From Vulcanimicrobiota bacterium (GTDB taxonomy: Bacteria > Vulcanimicrobiota > Vulcanimicrobiia > Vulcanimicrobiales > Vulcanimicrobiaceae): a DNA stretch of 64,000 bases. Made by a program: the position numbers and the translations under genes. The notes beneath the pieces were generated by a model. That model saw only the letters and a list, made by a program, of their open reading frames with translations. It ran no database searches and was not told the origin of the DNA. The stretch is taken from contig OY968762.1 in assembly GCA_963695225.1 (NCBI GenBank), positions 2,400,001-2,464,000 of the forward strand, read 5' to 3'. Within the stretch, counting starts at the first letter, position 1, and each line of letters opens with the position of its first letter. Below, one piece after another: positions 51,287 through 60,549 of the stretch.

Positions 51287-52216
51287 GTGCGCGCGCTCGT
51301 CACGGGCGGAAACGGATTCGTCGGGCGGCACCTCGTCGCGGCACTCAAGGCGCGCGGCGACGGCGTGCTCACCGCGGGCCGCGCGAGCGACCCGGGCGAT
51401 CTCGATCTCCCGCTCGATCTGGGCGATCTCTCGAACGTCACGGCCGTCGTGGAGATCGCGCAGCCCGACGTCGTGTATCATCTTGCCGCCCAAGCCTTCG
51501 TCCCCGAAGCGAACCGCGATCCGCTCGGGACCTACGACACGAACGCGATGGGGACCGCCCGGCTCTTTGAGGCCGTGCGCGTGCTGAAGAGCGCGCCGCG
51601 CGTCGTCGTCGTCAGTTCGGCCGAAGTCTACGGCGTGCGCGCACCCTCCGACTACCCGCTCGTCGAGACGCAGCCCGTTCATCCCGCCTCACCCTACGCC
51701 GCGAGCAAGGCCGCGGCCGAAGCGTTCGCGCTTGCGGCACACCGCACGTACGGGATCCCCGCGGTCGTCGCGCGGTCGTTCAACCACATCGGCCCGGGGC
51801 AGGACGCGCGCTTCGCGGTTCCGGCGTTCGCGCGCCAACTCGCTGAGATCGAAGCGGGCGCGGAGCCCATCCTCTCCGTGGGAAACCTGACCGCGCACCG
51901 CGACTTCCTCGACGTGCGCGACGTCGTGCAAGCCTACGTGGCGCTGGCGGAACGCGGCGAACCGGGGACGTGTTACAACGTCTGCAGCGGAACGCCGCTC
52001 GAGATCAAAGAGGTTCTGCGCCGCCTGATCTCGCTCGCGCACGTCGCCGTCGAGGTCCGCGAAGATCCCGAGCGGATGCGCCCGAACGACGTCCCGCTCT
52101 TCTACGGGGACAACGCGCGCCTGCGCGCGGCGACCGGCTGGGCCGCCCGCATCCCGCTCGCCCAATCGCTGCGCGACGTGCTGGCGGACGCGCGCGTGCG
52201 CCTGGTCGCGCGGTGA
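51287..52216 (+). CDS. GDP-4-keto-6-deoxy-mannose reductase-like (Rmd) extended SDR
   Basis: LVTGGNGFVG, HLAAQ, SSAEVYG, PYAASK, FNHIGPGQ, RDFLDVRDVV. Adjacent to gmd. Confidence 0.8.
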   Translation: MRALVTGGNGFVGRHLVAALKARGDGVLTAGRASDPGDLDLPLDLGDLSNVTAVVEIAQPDVVYHLAAQAFVPEANRDPLGTYDTNAMGTARLFEAVRVLKSAPRVVVVSSAEVYGVRAPSDYPLVETQPVHPASPYAASKAAAEAFALAAHRTYGIPAVVARSFNHIGPGQDARFAVPAFARQLAEIEAGAEPILSVGNLTAHRDFLDVRDVVQAYVALAERGEPGTCYNVCSGTPLEIKEVLRRLISLAHVAVEVREDPERMRPNDVPLFYGDNARLRAATGWAARIPLAQSLRDVLADARVRLVAR

Positions 52217-53430
52217 GGATCGCGTACTTCGAACCGATCGGAGGCGCGAGCGGCAACATGCTGCTCGGCGCGCTGTGCGATGCCGGGGCGCACCTCGAAG
52301 ACGTGGTCGCGGCGCTGCGCACGATCCCCGTCGAGGGTTGGACGCTCGAGCGCAAACTCGTGCGCAAGCGCGGGATTGCGGCGAGCCACGTCGAGATCCT
52401 CGTCCCGGGTGAAGACGGCGCGCCCGCGCGCGACCACGCGCACGGGCCGGGTAACGGCGAACGCGCGCATGGCGGCCGGAGGCTCTCCGAAGTGCTCGCG
52501 CTCGTGCAGCGGAGCGGCTTGAGCGCGCGCCAGAAGGAACGGGCTTGCGCGATCTACACGCGGCTCGCCGATGCGGAAGCGCGCGTGCACGGCTCGACGG
52601 TCGAGAACGTTCACTTCCACGAAGTCGGTGAGGTCGATGCGATCCTCGACGTCGCTGCGGCCTGCGTCGCGCTGGACCTGCTCGGCATCGAGCGCGTCGC
52701 GTGCGCCGCGTTTCCGCTCGGCCGGGGCGCGATCAGGATGGAGCACGGACTCTACCCGAATCCGCCTCCCGCGACGGCCGAACTGTTGCGCTGGGTTCCG
52801 ACGTACTCCGCCGGGATCGACGGCGAGATGGTGACGACGACGGGCGCCGCGATCCTCACGACGCTCGCCGAGCGCGTCGGCGAGCGGCCGCCGATGATCG
52901 CGGAGCGCATCGGGTACGGTGCCGGGACGCTGGATTTCCCGATTCCGAACGTGCTTCGCGTTTCGATCGGCTCGACGGTCGGCGGCGGCGCTACCGAAGC
53001 AGTCGAAGTCGCCGTGCTGGAAGCGAACATCGACGACATGTCCCCGCAGTACTTCGAACTCGCGCTCGAGCGCGTCTTCGCGGCGGGAGCGCTCGACGCG
53101 TGGCTGGCGCCCATCACGATGAAGAAATCCCGCCCGGGAATCGTCTTCTCCGTCCTCTGCGCTCCGGATCGTGAGACGGCGTGCGCCCGCGCGATGCTCG
53201 CGGAGACGACGACGATCGGCGTGCGGGCGCGCCGCGAACGTCGCTATACGCTGGCGCGAACGATCGAAGAACGGGAAACCTCGCTCGGCAAGGTTCGCGT
53301 AAAGATGGCACGGATCAACGGCACGACGCGCAGCACGCTGGAATACGAGGACGTCGTGCGGATCGCGCGCGAACTCTCGCGCCCGATCGGCGAAATCGCG
53401 GCCCGGCTCGAGCGGGAGATCGAGCGATGA
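52213..53430 (+). CDS. larC: Nickel-pincer cofactor nickel insertase LarC
   Basis: GASGNMLLGAL, AEARVHG.....VHFHEVG..DAI.D, P.PATAELL, TTTGAA, EANIDD, MKKSRPG, ETTTIGVR, EYED. Confidence 0.93.
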   Translation: MRIAYFEPIGGASGNMLLGALCDAGAHLEDVVAALRTIPVEGWTLERKLVRKRGIAASHVEILVPGEDGAPARDHAHGPGNGERAHGGRRLSEVLALVQRSGLSARQKERACAIYTRLADAEARVHGSTVENVHFHEVGEVDAILDVAAACVALDLLGIERVACAAFPLGRGAIRMEHGLYPNPPPATAELLRWVPTYSAGIDGEMVTTTGAAILTTLAERVGERPPMIAERIGYGAGTLDFPIPNVLRVSIGSTVGGGATEAVEVAVLEANIDDMSPQYFELALERVFAAGALDAWLAPITMKKSRPGIVFSVLCAPDRETACARAMLAETTTIGVRARRERRYTLARTIEERETSLGKVRVKMARINGTTRSTLEYEDVVRIARELSRPIGEIAARLEREIER

Positions 53431-54248
53431 TCGAAGCCGTCTCGCTCGAGGCAAGGGAGGCGCACTTGCGCGCGCTCGTGCGCTCGCTCGAAAGCTGCAT
53501 CGTCGCGTTCTCGGGCGGGATCGACTCCGCGCTCGTATTGACCGTCGCGACGCAAGAGCTCGGCGAGCGTTCGTGGGGGATCACGGCGCGTTCCGAAAGC
53601 CTCGCGGAACGCGAATACGAAGGCGCGCTCGCGTTCGCGGAAACGATCGAAGCGCAGCATGAAGTGCTGGAAACGCACGAGCTCGACGATCCCTCCTACG
53701 CGGCGAATCCGGCGGACCGCTGCTATCACTGCAAGCGCGAACTCTACGGGCGGCTCGCCGGAATCGCGCGCGAGAGGGGTGCGCGTTGGATCGTCGACGG
53801 TTTCAATCTCGACGACCGCAACGATTGGCGCCCCGGCCGCCGGGCCGCCGCCGAATTCGGCGTCCGCAGCCCGCTCGCCGAAAGCGGGTTCACCAAGAGC
53901 GACGTGCGCGCGCTCTCGAAACGCCTCGGCCTCGATATCTGGGACAAGCCTGCGCTGGCTTGCCTCTCCTCGCGCTTCCCATACGGGACCCCGATCACGC
54001 TCGAACTCCTGCGCCGGGTCGACCTGGCGGAGCAGGCCGTGCACGATGCGGGACTTCGCGTCTGCCGCGTTCGCCATCACGGCGAGGTCGCGCGGATCGA
54101 GATCCCGTTGGAGGATCTCGAGTTCGCGCTCCGCCCCGAGGTGCGCGCCGCCGTCGTCGCCGGCGTGAAGGCGGCGGGGTACCGTTTCGTCGCGCTGGAT
54201 TTGGGCGGATACGTCCCGGGGAACTTGAATACGAAACTCCATGGCTGA
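53427..54248 (+). CDS. larE: ATP-dependent sulfur transferase LarE
   Basis: VAFSGGIDS, N...RCYHCK, RPG..A, SPL, WDKPA.ACLSSR.PYG, RVRHHG..ARIE. Confidence 0.93.
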   Translation: MIEAVSLEAREAHLRALVRSLESCIVAFSGGIDSALVLTVATQELGERSWGITARSESLAEREYEGALAFAETIEAQHEVLETHELDDPSYAANPADRCYHCKRELYGRLAGIARERGARWIVDGFNLDDRNDWRPGRRAAAEFGVRSPLAESGFTKSDVRALSKRLGLDIWDKPALACLSSRFPYGTPITLELLRRVDLAEQAVHDAGLRVCRVRHHGEVARIEIPLEDLEFALRPEVRAAVVAGVKAAGYRFVALDLGGYVPGNLNTKLHG

Positions 54249-54903
54249 AGAGATGCTGACCCGCCCCCCGTACGCGAACGGCTCGACGGGGATGCCGCCG
54301 CAACCGGCCGAGGAAGCCGCCGACGATTGGCGCGATGCGGTGTTCGCGAATCGGGGAACGCTGCTCGCGTTGCCGGCCGTCGCGCTGGCCGCGTTCGGAA
54401 AGCCGAGCGCGTTCTCGATCGCGACGGGGGTGCCGCTCGCGTTCGCCGGCGAGTTCCTGCGCTGCTGGGCCGTCGGCTACTCGGGCGTCACGACGCGCAG
54501 CGACCGCGTGACGGCGCCCGCGCTCACGACGGCGGGCCCGTACGCACACGTCCGCAATCCGCTGTATCTCGGGAATTTCCTGACGGCCGCCGGCTTCTCG
54601 CTCGCGTTCACGGGAAAGGTCTCGGCGCGCAAGCGGGCCGCGCTGATCGCGCTCGGGCTCGGCTCGATGGCGGCGATCTACGCGACGATCATCCCGCTCG
54701 AAGAAGCGTATCTGCGCAAGACGTTCGGGGCCGCGTTCGACGAGTACGTCCAGCGCGTGCCGCAGATCGTCCCGCAACTCGAAGCCGCGGAACCCCAGCG
54801 CGGCACGTACGATCCGGCCGTGATCGCGAAGGCGGAGACGAGCACGTTCGCCACGTTCTCCGGCATGCTCGCGGTGCTCGCGTTGAAGGCGTTGCGCGCA
54901 TAG
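54241..54903 (+). CDS. Isoprenylcysteine carboxyl methyltransferase (ICMT/Ste14) family membrane protein
   Basis: LR.WA, L.TAGPYAHVRNPLYLG, EEAYL...FG..F..Y...VP. Confidence 0.85.
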   Translation: MAEEMLTRPPYANGSTGMPPQPAEEAADDWRDAVFANRGTLLALPAVALAAFGKPSAFSIATGVPLAFAGEFLRCWAVGYSGVTTRSDRVTAPALTTAGPYAHVRNPLYLGNFLTAAGFSLAFTGKVSARKRAALIALGLGSMAAIYATIIPLEEAYLRKTFGAAFDEYVQRVPQIVPQLEAAEPQRGTYDPAVIAKAETSTFATFSGMLAVLALKALRA

Positions 54904-54910
54904 GGTCCGC

Positions 54911-55852
54911 ATGATCCACGACGGCGCCCACGCGTTTGCACACGATCGGGGCGATCGTCACGATCCCATGTCGAATCCGCAGCGGCTGCGGATCGCACTC
55001 GCGCTGACGGTCGGCGTCGCGCTCCTCGAGCTAGGCGGCGGGTTCTTCGCGCACAGCCTCGCGCTGCTCGCGGACTCGGCGCACGTGTTCATGGATGCCG
55101 TCGCGCTCGTGATCGCGCTCGTCGCCGGCGCGCAGGCGCTGCGCCCCGCGACGGAATTGCGCACGTTCGGCTACGCGCGTTTCGAGATTCTCGCCGCGCT
55201 CGCGAACGGGAGCCTGCTCTTCGCCGTGACGATCTTGATCGCGCTCGAAGCCGTACACCGCCTCGCCGCGCCGGAACTCCCCAAGGGCGGCGTGATGCTC
55301 GGGGTGGCGGCCGTCGGCGCGGCCGTCAACATCGGGATCGGCCTCTCGCTCGCGCGTGCCGCGGCGCACGATCTCAACATGAAGGCGGCACTTTTCCACG
55401 TCGCGAGCGACGCCGTCGGCGCGCTCGCCGTCATGCTCGGCGCCGCCGCCGTCCTCACGTTCCGGATCGCCTGGATCGACCCGGTGCTCTCGCTTCTGGT
55501 CGCGGGGATCATCGTCGTCGGGGTCGTGCGGATCGTGCGAGAAGCGAGCGACGTCCTGCTGGAGAGCGCGCCGGAGCACGCGCGCATCCCGGCCGTCGCC
55601 GAGCGGATCCTGGCCGTCGCGGGCGTCGTCGGCGTTCACGACTTGCACGTCTGGACGATCGGGAGCGGGGCGCACGCGCTCTCCGCGCACGTGCTCCTCC
55701 CCGATTCCCGGATCAGCGAGGCGACCGGGATCCTCCGTGAGATCGACGGCGCGATGCGGGAGGAGTTCGCGATCTCCCACGTGACGATCCAATTCGAGTG
55801 CGAATCCTGCGCCGACGACGCGAAAGTCGTCTGCACGCAACTCGCCCGGTGA
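54911..55852 (+). CDS. Cation diffusion facilitator (CzcD/ZitB-like)
   Basis: His-rich N-terminus, SLALLADSAH..D, TFGY.R.EILAAL.N, H...D, VHDLHVW, HVTIQ.E. Confidence 0.92.
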   Translation: MIHDGAHAFAHDRGDRHDPMSNPQRLRIALALTVGVALLELGGGFFAHSLALLADSAHVFMDAVALVIALVAGAQALRPATELRTFGYARFEILAALANGSLLFAVTILIALEAVHRLAAPELPKGGVMLGVAAVGAAVNIGIGLSLARAAAHDLNMKAALFHVASDAVGALAVMLGAAAVLTFRIAWIDPVLSLLVAGIIVVGVVRIVREASDVLLESAPEHARIPAVAERILAVAGVVGVHDLHVWTIGSGAHALSAHVLLPDSRISEATGILREIDGAMREEFAISHVTIQFECESCADDAKVVCTQLAR

Positions 55853-55902
55853 CGCTCCGAGGGGAGCATTGCGGAAGCGGAGGTTGACCACATTGGTACG
55901 AT

Positions 55903-56091
55903 GTGAAATACCGAGACATCGTCAAACTGATCGAGCGCGACGGCTGGCGCCTTCGCCGCGAGAGCGGCTCACATAGGCACTACGACCACCCGACGAAACC
56001 GGGGATCGTCACCATCGCCCCCCATGGCATGAACGCCGACGTTCCACCCCGCACGTTGAACTCGATTCTGAGGCAGGCAGGTTTGAAGTGA
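55903..56091 (+). CDS. hicA: HicA toxin
   Basis: LIERDGW...R.SGSH.HY.HP.KPG.VTI..H....GT-like L.SIL.QAGL. Confidence 0.9.
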   Translation: MKYRDIVKLIERDGWRLRRESGSHRHYDHPTKPGIVTIAPHGMNADVPPRTLNSILRQAGLK

Positions 56092-56303
56092 AAGACTATC
56101 TCGCAATCCTCGAGCATGCCGGCGACGGGACGTGGAGCGCCTACGTCCCGGACCTTCCCGGATGCACGAGCTTCGGACCCACGCGCGAAGAGGTTGCACG
56201 GAACGTGCGCGAGGCCGTGGCCGGCCACGTTGCCGCGCTGCGCGAAACCGGACAGCCGGTGCCGGAACCCACGTCGCTTCCCGAGGTCGTACACCTAGCC
56301 TGA
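56088..56303 (+). CDS. hicB: Short HicB-family antitoxin
   Basis: WSAYVPDLPGC.SFG.T.EE...N..EA......L...G.PVPEP. GTGA overlap with hicA. Confidence 0.9.
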   Translation: MKDYLAILEHAGDGTWSAYVPDLPGCTSFGPTREEVARNVREAVAGHVAALRETGQPVPEPTSLPEVVHLA

Positions 56304-56355
56304 GCCGGACGCGCGCCGAGGGGGCGCAAGAAGCTCCCCGGAATAGCCGCCTATC

Positions 56356-57693
56356 ATGAAATCCACCGCCGTCGTCCTCGCCACCGCCCGCACCCCGTTC
56401 GGCCGCCTGGGAGGCGCGCTCGTCTCGCTCCCGGCGACGACGCTCGGAGGCGAAGCGATCCGCGCCGCGGTCGAGCGCTCGAAGATCGACCCCGCCGACG
56501 TCGATCACGCGATCGTCGGGCACGTGCTGCAGGGCGGGACGGGGCAGTCGCCCTCGCGCCAAGCGATGCTCAAGGCCGGCCTTGCGAAGACGACGACGTT
56601 CGAGACCGTCAACAAAGTCTGCGCCTCGGGCATGCTCGCCGTCGCGCACGGCGCCCGTCTGATCTCGGACGGCGACGCGGCGGTCGTCGTTTCCGGCGGG
56701 ATGGAATCCATGTCGAACGCGCCGTACGTCGCGCTCGGCGCGCGCTTCGGCTACCGCTTCGGCGACGGCGTCCTCATCGACATGATGGTCAACGACGGCC
56801 TCCTCGATCCGTACTCCGGCTTGACGATGGCCTCCGGTACCGCGAAGGTGAACGCCGAGCTCGGCATCACGCGCGAGGTGCAGGACGAGTTCGCCTACGA
56901 ATCCCAGATGCGCGCGCAGCGCGCGACGGAGAGCGGCGAACTCGGCGAGGAAATCGTCCCCTTGCGAATCGCGAAGAAGGGCAAAGGGAAGCTCGTCGTC
57001 GACGCGCTCCCGTCGCCGGCGCGTGCGCGAATTCCCGCGCATGCGGGCGGCAACGGCTCCCCGACGATGTGGGATCACGTGACGCCCGCCGAGATGCTCC
57101 CCGATCCCAAGCGTTTCTCTCCGTACGTGACGGGCGACGTGCCGTTCACGCTCGTCGACCGCGACGAGCCGATCCGCGGTGACGCCTCGCTCGAAGCGAT
57201 GCGTAAACTCGGGCCGCTCGATCCGGGTGGAACGGTGACCGCCGCAAACGCGCCGGGCGTGAACGACGGTGCGGCCGCGCTCGTGCTGGCGAGCGCCGAG
57301 TACGCTCGTTCGCACGGCTACGAGGCGCTCGGCACGATCGTCGATCACGCCTGCGCCTCATGGGATCCCGCCTACCTCCAACTCGTCCCGGCGATGGCCG
57401 CCGACAAGCTGCTCGCACGCAACGGACTGTCGGCCTCGCAGATCGACGTCTGGGAAGTGAACGAAGCCTTCGCCGCCGTCGCCTGGAGCACGGCCGTGCG
57501 CCTGGGGATCGATCCCAAGAAGATCAATCTCCTAGGCGGCGCGGTCGCACTCGGCCACCCGCTCGGCGCCTCCGGCGCCCGCATCGTTGCCTCGGTCGTC
57601 CATCAACTCCGCCGCCGCGGCGGCGGTTACGGCGTCGCCGCGATCTGCTCGGGTGGCGGGCAGGGCGACGCGCTCCTCGTCAAAGTCGGCTAA
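56356..57693 (+). CDS. Acetyl-CoA acetyltransferase (thiolase) with internal insertion
   Basis: RTPFG, NKVCASG, GGMESMS, NDGAAA, EVNEAFA, GHPLGASG, ICSGGGQG. Confidence 0.93.
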   Translation: MKSTAVVLATARTPFGRLGGALVSLPATTLGGEAIRAAVERSKIDPADVDHAIVGHVLQGGTGQSPSRQAMLKAGLAKTTTFETVNKVCASGMLAVAHGARLISDGDAAVVVSGGMESMSNAPYVALGARFGYRFGDGVLIDMMVNDGLLDPYSGLTMASGTAKVNAELGITREVQDEFAYESQMRAQRATESGELGEEIVPLRIAKKGKGKLVVDALPSPARARIPAHAGGNGSPTMWDHVTPAEMLPDPKRFSPYVTGDVPFTLVDRDEPIRGDASLEAMRKLGPLDPGGTVTAANAPGVNDGAAALVLASAEYARSHGYEALGTIVDHACASWDPAYLQLVPAMAADKLLARNGLSASQIDVWEVNEAFAAVAWSTAVRLGIDPKKINLLGGAVALGHPLGASGARIVASVVHQLRRRGGGYGVAAICSGGGQGDALLVKVG

Positions 57694-57764
57694 CTTCCTC
57701 GGCCATCCGCCCGAGCCGAGCGCACGTGCGGACGCCGCGTCATGCATAGAAAGAAGTTTCGCTC

Positions 57765-58631
57765 GTGAAAGTGCTCGTCATCGGTGCCGGCCAAATGGGC
57801 TCCGGCATCGCGCAGGTCGCCGCGCAAGCCGGGAATACCGTGCTGCTCAACGACATCAGCTCCGAGTTCATCGACAAAGGCCTCGGCGTCATCAAGAAGA
57901 ACCTCGCGCGCTCCGTCGACAAGGGCAAACTCGGCGCCGACGAGATGGCGGAGATCCTCGGCCGCATCACCCCGCGCCCCGAACTTGCCGGCGAGTTCGA
58001 CGTCGACATCTCGATCGAGGCCGCGACGGAGAACCTCCCGATCAAGCTCGCGCTCTTCAAGAAGCTCGACGCCCTCCTCCCCGCGGACGCAATCCTCGCC
58101 AGCAACACGTCGTCGATCTCGATCACGAAGCTCGGCGGCGCGACGAAGCGCCCCGACAAAGTGATCGGGATGCACTACTTCAACCCCGTCCCCGTGATGA
58201 AGCTGGTCGAAGTGATCCGCGGCATCGCGACCTCGCAAGACACGTTCGATTCCGTCAAAGAACTCGCGCTCGAGCACGGCAAGACCCCGGTGGAAGTCAA
58301 CGACCTCCCCGGCTTCGCCGCGAACCGCATCCTTTGCCCGATGCTGAACGAAGCGATGTTCGCGCTCTACGAGGGCACCGCGTCCGTCGAAGCGATCGAC
58401 ACCGTGATGGTCCTCGGCATGAACCACCCGATGGGCCCGCTCACGCTCGCCGATTTCATCGGCCTCGACACGATCCTCGCGATCATGGAAGTCTTGTACG
58501 AAGGCTACGGCGACCCGAAATACCGCCCGTGCCCGCTCCTCCGTCTCTACGTCGACGCCGGCTGGCTCGGCCGCAAGACCAAGCGCGGGTTCTACGACTA
58601 CACCGGCGAGAAGCCGGTCCCGACGCGCTGA
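57765..58631 (+). CDS. hbd: 3-hydroxybutyryl-CoA dehydrogenase
   Basis: IGAGQMGSGIA, ASNTSSISIT, GMHYFNPVPVMKLVE, HPMGPL.LAD.IGLD. Confidence 0.93.
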   Translation: MKVLVIGAGQMGSGIAQVAAQAGNTVLLNDISSEFIDKGLGVIKKNLARSVDKGKLGADEMAEILGRITPRPELAGEFDVDISIEAATENLPIKLALFKKLDALLPADAILASNTSSISITKLGGATKRPDKVIGMHYFNPVPVMKLVEVIRGIATSQDTFDSVKELALEHGKTPVEVNDLPGFAANRILCPMLNEAMFALYEGTASVEAIDTVMVLGMNHPMGPLTLADFIGLDTILAIMEVLYEGYGDPKYRPCPLLRLYVDAGWLGRKTKRGFYDYTGEKPVPTR

Positions 58632-58667
58632 CGGCTAGCGGTTTACGGCGAGCGCTTCACGGCTAGC

Positions 58668-58895
58668 GGCGGCGGGCGGGGCGCCGACATTCCCCGTCGG
58701 GGACGCCCGCGATTTCGCCCACCCCACGATGCTAACGCATCGTGGGGACCCCGGGGCAGTTGAAAAGGCGCTGCGCCTGCGGCTCCGCGCCCCCCACACG
58801 CAAAGCGCGTGGGGCCCCCACGAATTCCCGCCATCCATGGCTCCGCGGGCAAGCTGGAGGCCCCGCCGGGAAACGTCGACGCCCCGCCCGCCGCC
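58668..58895 (-). repeat. Modular palindromic element, copy B (first internal hairpin collapsed)
   Basis: 16-bp perfect arms 58668-58683/58880-58895. Shares CCCCACGATGCTAACGCATCG, GGGCAGTTGAAAAGGCGC and CCCGCCATCC with copy A. Confidence 0.85.
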
Positions 58896-59006
58896 ACCCG
58901 GTGGCGAGCCGGGGCGCCATTGTCTGCGTCTTTGCCGTTCGAGATTCCCCGCGGCAGTCGGCTTCAAAGGCGACGCGGCTCGCGCTACCGCGCTAGCCTC
59001 CAGGTA

Positions 59007-59160
59007 GCGGTGGTCGGGGCGCCGACGTTCTCCCGCGGGGCCTCCAGCTTTCCCGCGGAGCCATGGATGGCGGGAGCGGGAAAGTGGAGGAGTAGCGATT
59101 TCGCATGGATGCGAAATCGCGGGCGTCCCCGCGGGGGAATGTCGGCGCCCCGGCCGCCGC
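59007..59160 (+). repeat. Modular palindromic element, copy C (inverted relative to A and B, central modules absent)
   Basis: 34-nt arms 59007-59040/59127-59160. Contains the reverse complements of GCGATTTCGCATCCATGCGAAATCGC and CCCGCCATCCATGGCTCCGCGGG. Confidence 0.85.
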
Positions 59161-59235
59161 AGCCAGCCGTAAAGCGCTAACCGCGATCAACATCGAAGCC
59201 CCCTTCCAACCGCAAGCACAGACTTGGAGCGACCG

Positions 59236-60399
59236 ATGATCGATACCCGGAATTATAGCCAGTTCGCGATTACCGACGAGCAGCGCGAGATTGGGAACTT
59301 GGCGCGCGAGATTGCGGAGGGCGAGATCGCGGCGCATATCGCGAAGTGGGATCGCGAGCATACGTTTCCGCGCGAGTTGTACGGCAAGCTGAACGACGCC
59401 GGGCTCATGGGGATCACGATCGCGGAGAAGTACGACGGCGTCGGGGCGGATTACGTGTCGTACGTGCTCGCGATCGAGGAGTTCGCGCGCGTCGATGCGG
59501 GGACGGCGGTGACGCTCTCGGTGCATTCGATGATCGGGTCGGCGCTGGAGCGGCTCGGGAGCGAGGCGCAGAAGCAAGAGTACTTGCCGCGCCTCGCGGC
59601 GGGGAACGTGATCGCCGGGTTCGCGCTGACGGAATCGGATGCCGGTTCCGATGCGGGAAGCTTGCGGGCGACGGCGACGCGCGAAGCGGACGAATACGTG
59701 CTGCGCGGACGCAAGCAGTGGTGCACGAACGGCAGCTACTGCGGGGTGATGCTCGGTATGTTCCGGACGGGCGGGCCGGGTCCGAAGGGGATCAGCTCGT
59801 TCTTGATCGAGAATCCGCTCCCCGGGCTCGTCGTCGAGAAGGTGACGGACAAGCTCGGAATTCACACGAGCAACACGTGCGATCTCGCGTTCGACGACGT
59901 GCGCGTTCCGGCATCGGCGCTCGTGGGGAACGAGGGCGAGGGCTTCTCGAAGGCGATGCAGGCGCTCGCGGGCGGGCGCATCGGGATTGCGGCGCAGGCG
60001 GTCGGGATCTTGGCGGCGTGCCTCGATGCGTCGGTGAAGTTCGCGAAGGAACGCACGGCGTTCGGGAAGCCGATCGGGGCCTTCGAGGGGATATCGTTCA
60101 AGATCGCGCAGATGGCGACCGATCTCGACGCTGCGCGATTGCTCGTCTACCGTGCGGCGGCGCTGTGCGACCGCGGAGAGCCGTTCGTGATCGAAGCGAG
60201 CAAAGCGAAGCTGTTCGCATCGACCGCGGCGCGCAAGCATGCGGCCGAAGCGGTGCAGATTCACGGCGGATACGGGTACACGACGGAGTTCCCCGTCGAG
60301 CGCTACTACCGCGATGCGAAGATCACCGAGATCTACGAGGGGACCTCGGAGATCCAACAGATCATCATCGCGCGCTCGCTGCTGGGGCGTCTCGAGTGA
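59236..60399 (+). CDS. Acyl-CoA dehydrogenase (butyryl-CoA dehydrogenase-like)
   Basis: FALTESDAGSDA, GRIGIAAQA.G, R..FGKPI, AVQIHGGYGY..EFPVERYYRDAKITEIYEGTSEIQ. Confidence 0.93.
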   Translation: MIDTRNYSQFAITDEQREIGNLAREIAEGEIAAHIAKWDREHTFPRELYGKLNDAGLMGITIAEKYDGVGADYVSYVLAIEEFARVDAGTAVTLSVHSMIGSALERLGSEAQKQEYLPRLAAGNVIAGFALTESDAGSDAGSLRATATREADEYVLRGRKQWCTNGSYCGVMLGMFRTGGPGPKGISSFLIENPLPGLVVEKVTDKLGIHTSNTCDLAFDDVRVPASALVGNEGEGFSKAMQALAGGRIGIAAQAVGILAACLDASVKFAKERTAFGKPIGAFEGISFKIAQMATDLDAARLLVYRAAALCDRGEPFVIEASKAKLFASTAARKHAAEAVQIHGGYGYTTEFPVERYYRDAKITEIYEGTSEIQQIIIARSLLGRLE

Positions 60400-60549
60400 G
60401 ATAGGCGGCGGGGCGAGCGCCGTCCGAGTCCGACGAACGTAGCACCGAGGGTTTCGCCTATCGTGGGCTAAGAACCGATTGCCACCACACCCGAACGGCC
60501 GGACGCTCCGCGACGGCCGTTCCGTTCGAATGAATGAGAGCCCGCGCGT

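Noticed and set aside
52213..53430. Programmed frameshift in larC
   Set aside because: Both LarC halves are in one continuous frame here.
60400..60549. Hairpin GAACGGCCG...CGGCCGTTC upstream of sucC as a riboswitch
   Set aside because: A single GC-rich stem with no recognisable aptamer. Insufficient evidence.
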